DNA of 30,167 bases, taken from assembly GCA_041288045.1 (NCBI GenBank), contig JBGGMM010000089.1, positions 1-30,167 of the forward strand, written 5' to 3'. Both the position numbers and the translations under genes were made by a program. Below, in pieces: positions 28,101 to 30,167 of the stretch; positions within the stretch are counted from its first letter, which is position 1; the number at the start of each line of letters is the position of its first letter. This DNA is from Pseudobdellovibrionaceae bacterium. GTDB lineage: Bacteria > Bdellovibrionota > Bdellovibrionia > Bdellovibrionales > Bdellovibrionaceae. The notes under the pieces were generated by a model, which did no database searches, was not told the DNA's origin, and saw nothing but the letters and a program-made list of their open reading frames with translations.

Positions 28101-30167
28101 AACTCCAGTTGTATCCAAAGTCAAAGTTCCAGTGCTAGAAATCGTCGCATCCCCAGAGACAATACGATTCACCCAAGCCGTGCCGTCATAGATCATCATC
28201 TGGTTCACTGCCGTAGCGGCGGTGACGGTTTTGCCTTTAAGTTTATCTACGGAAGTCGCATCGTAGGTACCGGTCACATCACCACTAAAATTGGTAGTCG
28301 TTCCTAATTTGTTATTGAAAGAGTCATACTCGGCTTTGCTGACCAGACCGGCAGTGGTTCCAGCAATTGAAGCCAAAGGCACTTTCAATGTGATTGTATC
28401 TGAACCTGCTGCGATGGTCGGCAAGACAACCGAGTTATCAATGGAAACGGCGATGGTCTGAGCGTTGCCTGATTGACCATTGATGGATTGAATTCCACCT
28501 CCGGCAACACCAAGAACCTTGATTGCGGATCCATCCCAATACTTCACTTCATTAGAAGTGGTATTAAACCAAGTAAACCCTTTTTGTGTGGCATTCCAAC
28601 CTGCAGTGGAAGGATCCGACGAAGTCTGATAAAGACCCAAAGTCCCCAGCATAGAATCGCCAGCTTTGTTCAGAGGCGTATAGCCAAGAGAAGTTGTGAT
28701 ATCACCGCTCACAAGATTCGCGCCCACAGTCACACGACCTTTGGAATCAACTGTGACTCTGGAATAAGTCCCAGCGGCAACTCCCGTGGTATCCAAAGTC
28801 AAAACACCCGCATTAGAAACCGTAGCGTCACCAGAAACAGTCACTGCAGTCGCATCACCAGAAGCGTTACCCACCCAAATCTTTCCTGAGGCTAAGGAAG
28901 AAGATAGAGCATCTGTAATTCCGTAACCGGCAATGGTCGTCGGCTTATTCGAAAGATCAGCAAAATCCAAAGTGGTGTTCACCCACTTTGTTCCGTCATA
29001 CCGGATCACCTGTCCGGCAGCATAGGCAACAGGAACGACGGCCTTCCCTTTGATTTTGTCGACAGAAGTATTGTCATAGGTACCGGTCACATCTCCTGAA
29101 AAAGCTGAAGAGACCCCAAGTTTCGAATTAAAACTGTCATAATCAGTTTTACTGATCAAACCCGCCATCACACCAGGAGTAAGGGCCATCGGGATTTTCC
29201 AAGTATGCGCATCTGAAGCCGAAGTGATTGTGGGCGTTGCAACTGAGTTATCAACACTGATGGCTAAAGTCTGAGTCTGGCCAGTTTGCCCACCCAAGGA
29301 TGACAATCCGGACGAAGCGATGCCTAGTGTTTGAATTGCGGACCCATTCCAAAATTTAATGGAATTGGCGGTGGTGTTAAACCACGTTCGGCCTTTTTCA
29401 GCCGAACCCCAACCGACAGTCGAAGGATCGGAACCGTGCTGAGAGAGCAGCAAGTGTTTGCTTGCAGCCAATTCAATATTACCGACATTGGTAAGATCAT
29501 AGCCACCCATATTCAGTGCACCGGTCATAGTATCGCCAGCGCGATTCACGGGAGTGTAGCCAAGAGCCGTCGTCATGTCGGCACTGACCAAATTGGATCC
29601 AGAAGTCACACGACCTTGAGCATCAGTTGTGACCTTGGAGTAAGTGCCAGCAGTTCCCACATTCTTAAGCGCCAAACTTCCATCAGTCGAAATGCTGGCA
29701 TCTCCAGAGATCGTAACGGCTTGAGCTTTTCCGCTGCCATCCCCAACCCAGATCTTTCCAGCAGCAAGAGTGGAAGCATTCGTCACAGTCGGGATGATCA
29801 CAGTACAAGTGATGGTATCGGTCACAGAATCATAGGTCAGTCCCGCGCCAGCTCCGCAAGCCGCGCCAGTTAAAAATGCTCCGTTCCCTGCAGCTGTGGA
29901 TCGAATGTCAGAAATATTTAAAAGACGAAATGAAGGTGCTCCGTTAGCACCCTGAGGAGCCGCCAAAACAGTTCGAGCCGTTTGCGAGCCAAAACCAGCA
30001 GTTGAAGAAACCCAAGAAAGGCCACCGCTCCCATTGCTTTGTAAGACATCACCGGAATTTCCATCATTGTCGGGCAAAGTGAAAAGCACATTGCCAGTCA
30101 AAGTCGGAGAGGTGAACTGAACGTAGTTTGCGCCATTGTAAATGCGAAGCTGAGTGGCTTGCACAGT
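19128..30167 (-). CDS. Giant phage-tail-fibre-like adhesin (Bdellovibrio MAT / surface-anchor-like), 5'-truncated by the window edge, >3,678 aa
   Basis: One open frame to the window end. Tail-fibre motifs GTYxKVTVDxKGRVT, KPTTIAGYGITDA, ATAISKGIVQ; many GNVGIGTxxP and GQVLQTNGxGxLSW motifs; G/T/S-rich; ends in a NWASGNIQ...YVSWGAGYQ domain. Confidence 0.9.
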   Translation of the reverse strand, partial: TVQATQLRIYNGANYVQFTSPTLTGNVLFTLPDNDGNSGDVLQSNGSGGLSWVSSTAGFGSQTARTVLAAPQGANGAPSFRLLNISDIRSTAAGNGAFLTGAACGAGAGLTYDSVTDTITCTVIIPTVTNASTLAAGKIWVGDGSGKAQAVTISGDASISTDGSLALKNVGTAGTYSKVTTDAQGRVTSGSNLVSADMTTALGYTPVNRAGDTMTGALNMGGYDLTNVGNIELAASKHLLLSQHGSDPSTVGWGSAEKGRTWFNTTANSIKFWNGSAIQTLGIASSGLSSLGGQTGQTQTLAISVDNSVATPTITSASDAHTWKIPMALTPGVMAGLISKTDYDSFNSKLGVSSAFSGDVTGTYDNTSVDKIKGKAVVPVAYAAGQVIRYDGTKWVNTTLDFADLSNKPTTIAGYGITDALSSSLASGKIWVGNASGDATAVTVSGDATVSNAGVLTLDTTGVAAGTYSRVTVDSKGRVTVGANLVSGDITTSLGYTPLNKAGDSMLGTLGLYQTSSDPSTAGWNATQKGFTWFNTTSNEVKYWDGSAIKVLGVAGGGIQSINGQSGNAQTIAVSIDNSVVLPTIAAGSDTITLKVPLASIAGTTAGLVSKAEYDSFNNKLGTTTNFSGDVTGTYDATSVDKLKGKTVTAATAVNQMMIYDGTAWVNRIVSGDATISSTGTLTLDTTGVAAGTYSKVQVDAKGRVLSASQITSTDVTTALGYTPVNRAGDTMAGTLNMGGYDLTNVGNIELAASKHLLLSQHSSDPSTAGWGASEKGRTWFNTSANAIKYWNGSAVQTLGVSSSGLTSLGGQTGQTQTFAYSIDNSVVQPQITSASDVHTIKYPMASNTGTTAGLISKTEYDTFNSKLGAGTAFSGDVTGTYDNTSVEKIKGKAVAPAAYATGQVLRYDGTNWVNTALDFADLSNRPTTLVGYGITDAMSSSLTSGKILVGNASGDATAVTISGDATISNAGILALDTTGVSAGTYTKVTVDSKGRVTGGANIVSGDLTTALGYTPLNKAGDSMLGTLGLFQTSSDPSTAGWNGTQKGFTWFNTTSNEVKYWDGSTIKVLGVSGSGIQSINGQSGNAQTIAVSTDNSVTSPTIAAGSDTITLKIPSASNTGTTAGLISKAEYDIFNAKLGTSSAFSGDVTGTYDTNSVDKIKGKAITAATAVNQIMIYDGTAWVNKVVSGDATITSAGNLALDTTGVAAGTYTKVQVDAKGRVLSASQINSADITTALGYTPPTAALNDGQIFVGNASNVASPVTLSGDATLTNSGVLSLISTGVSTGTYGSATAVPSFTVDSKGRVTVAGSQAYADATAISKGIVQTGANITNASGVISLVSTDVTNALGYTPVNKAGDTMSGALNMGGYDITNVGNIELAASKHLLLSQHGSDPSTVGWGAAEKGRTWFNTTANAIKYWNGSAVQTLGVSSSGLTSLGGQTGQTQTLAISVDNSVATPTITSGSDAHTWKIPMALTPGVTAGLISKTDYDNFNSKLGTSSAFSGDVTGTYDNNSVDKIKGKAVVPGAYAAGQVIRYDGTKWINTTLDFADLSNKPTTIAGYGITDALSSSLASGKILVGNASGDATAVTMSGDATINNAGTLTLDTTGVAAGTYSKVTVDTKGRVTVGANVVSGDITTSLGYTPLNKAGDSMLGTLGLYQASSDPSTAGWNGTQKGFTWFNTTSNEVKYWDGSTIKVLGVAGGGIQSLNGQSGNAQTIAVSTDNSVTLPTIAAGSDTIILKIPFASTAGTAAGLLSKTDYDTFNSKLDTSSSFSGDVTGTYDATSVDKLKGKAIVPAAYASGQVLRYDGTGWVNTALDFADLANKPTTIAGYGITDVMSSSLASGKILVGNASGDATAVTMSGDATLSNAGILTLNTVPVSKGGTSSTSFTADSLVMSNGSGNALTSLTCGLNQLVSFNASGIVGCYNASSVLGGTYFAQGGNSFSADATLGTNDNFKLNFETNGSSRMTIKTDGNVGIGTTNPQYALTLYGASTSMGYVTPGSVAGNQIALNLQTMSNGSDYVGQATAKGWNIYARGNAWATASEQNDLGFSFWNGTTWSTSALLLDSSTGNVGIGTISPGTSLDVSGAITVRPTGTTTGNTGKILFRELAAGGTNSVTLRAPDALSADVSFALPSGDGSSGQVLQTNGAGILSWVTASAGGSGFVDGGNSFAQAGDLGTNDGQPLNLRTNGTTRVVISQDGSMAVNNLLTLNGGLLLNQGTGATDNLFFLRSTSAGAVDASMGFMAAGLGSGSEAHGPYFLARGNSYSASVNQRGNMYFSAGQPTTPNSMEGALVFQTNALERMKIYQDGKIGIGGFAPEVFFDIRNPDGESTRIATAASGGEAIPLKIDNNGAAATGSKTVLRFQATSTNSYKLETATIGSEVTNHTHPTFNADLYLSTTLGNVGYERMRILSSGNVGIGTSAPGTSLDVSGAITSRPFGTSSGNTGQIKLRELLANGTNSLTLRAPDSISADFSLTLPSGDGTSGQVLSTNGSGIMSWVTAAGGGSGFVNGGNAFGANASLGTTDNHSLSFLTNNTTRMTLSPDGDVSIGSSSPTSGQRLTSAITANNGAGSAGYYTALSGEATSNPTGNNDDYLAAITGNVYHNSSNDTGYLTAVSGSARIASGSVYDLVGGEFSAQTSGTGATQNINALYAYAYGRADSVYGARIEATGSPADYVVGIQSNTKVSSGPTTSAKGLESYVNVWGSDPVTEAMGGHFWVQDSSGNVADSYGVFIGQVQGTNHYSLYASDANSSSYFAGKVGIGSGTSAPGTQLDVTGAITSRPYGTATGNTGQILLRELAANGANTVTFRAPDALASDVAFTLPSGDGSSGQVLQTNGSGILSWVTAGGGGGSSFVDGGNSFGTNATLGTNDSRPLAFETNNTTRIAISQDGSVGIGTASPAAFLDVRNGLGAGSYSNSAIFKAHETSYANSGTQISIRDASGETYLRQNSPSGTHTLGGANDFFIMNTASGGGSIHLGTNSKIRMSLNLAGNVGIGTTSPATSLDVTGAITSRPYGTSSGNTGQILMQELAANGTNTVTLRAPDALTSDVAFTLPSADGSNGQVLQTNGSGILSWVTAAGGGGGFVDGGNSFGQTADLGTNDNYPLYFRANNATRMVISQDGSVGIGTTSPDAKLDVVGDSEFTGYITQSGGSIMLADPNSVIKNNSGTAGSNLALIGGASTSGFLALQSTESAGGSDYIKFNVGNNGATEAMRIKTNGYVGIGITNPLSQLHVAGSARSDTAFEIVTGGNWRASMGTGSNAGEFLARNSSANVTVAIRSFGDSYLTGGKFGIGTDTPGTSLDVSGAITVRPNGTATGNTGQILFRELAANGTNTVTLRAPDAITSDIAFTLPSADGGTGQVLQTNGAGALSWVTPAGGSGGFGDGGNSFTQTADLGTNDNYPLYFRTNSVTRVAVSQDGSVGIGTTAPGTSLDVSGAITSRPSGTGTGQTGQILMRELAASGTNTVTLRAPDAITSDLTFTLPSMDGSSGQVLQTSGTGILSWVTPAGGSGGFADGGNSFTQTADLGTNDNYPLYFRTNNTTRMVISQDGSVGIGTSTPAANAKLDVAGQIKSGYLSHSSLNTNWASGNIQSSSVAAGTLTFTSGSMYDGASYVLILTSAGTFTLSTAGDVTTWKCLPACASNQIVATGHTILTIIKAGTTGYVSWGAGYQ
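19491..23948 (-). repeat. Six copies of a ~133-aa constant module separated by unique cassettes (within the fibre gene)
   Basis: Copies at about 23550-23948, 22512-22910, 21471-21878, 20778-21176, 19884-20282 and 19491-19883 (GIGT...LDVSGAITxRP...RELAA...LRAPDA...FTLPS.DG...LSWVT...DGGNSF...LGTND...SQDGS). Confidence 0.92.
24530..29558 (-). repeat. Long intragenic tandem repeat with A-B-A-B-x-A-B architecture (AB period 1,554 bp)
   Basis: A units (YTPVNxAGDTM) start at 29558, 28004 and 26114; B units (YTPLNKAGDSM) at 28682, 27128 and 25238. Spacings are 1,554 and 1,890 bp; the latter includes a 336-bp unique block at 26115-26450. Confidence 0.93.

Noticed and set aside
24820..29093. Regularly recurring 17-mer as a CRISPR repeat
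   Set aside because: Spacings are 741-1,077 bp inside an intact ORF, and there are no cas genes.
19128..30167. Tail-fibre motifs as evidence of a prophage
   Set aside because: No capsid, terminase, baseplate, integrase or lysis genes; the partner has a Sec signal peptide, consistent with a cellular adhesin.

Overview
Gene-dense bacterial chromosomal window. It probably comes from a Bdellovibrionota (Bdellovibrio-like) organism; this is inferred from the giant phage-tail-fibre-like protein, an R-x-P-S-S motif after a lipobox and a STAS-like hypothetical protein, and was not tested. Left to right: the 3' end of a gene with a golvesin/Xly-CBD-like domain and a bidirectional terminator; a STAS-like hypothetical; a single-domain response regulator and a CheB-CheR-PAS-kinase-receiver hybrid; a DEAD-box helicase with a short CvfB-like S1/WH gene; a class II O-methyltransferase; a tightly coupled operon of three exported glycoside hydrolases (fungal-type GH15 glucoamylase, GH35/GH42-like enzyme, divergent stand-alone OpgG/OpgD-like lipoprotein) behind a densely self-complementary leader; an S8 lipoprotein protease with very large insertions; a TMEM175 K+ channel; and a >3,678-aa repetitive fibre gene (5' end outside the window) translationally coupled to a secreted DUF1566 plus glycine-rich protein. 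The best candidates for undescribed systems are the glucan-degrading trio (possibly acting on prey periplasmic glucans and glycogen) and the fibre plus separately encoded tip-adhesin pair. I saw no rRNA, tRNA, CRISPR array, transposase or integrase. All family calls come from motif recognition by eye, not database searches.
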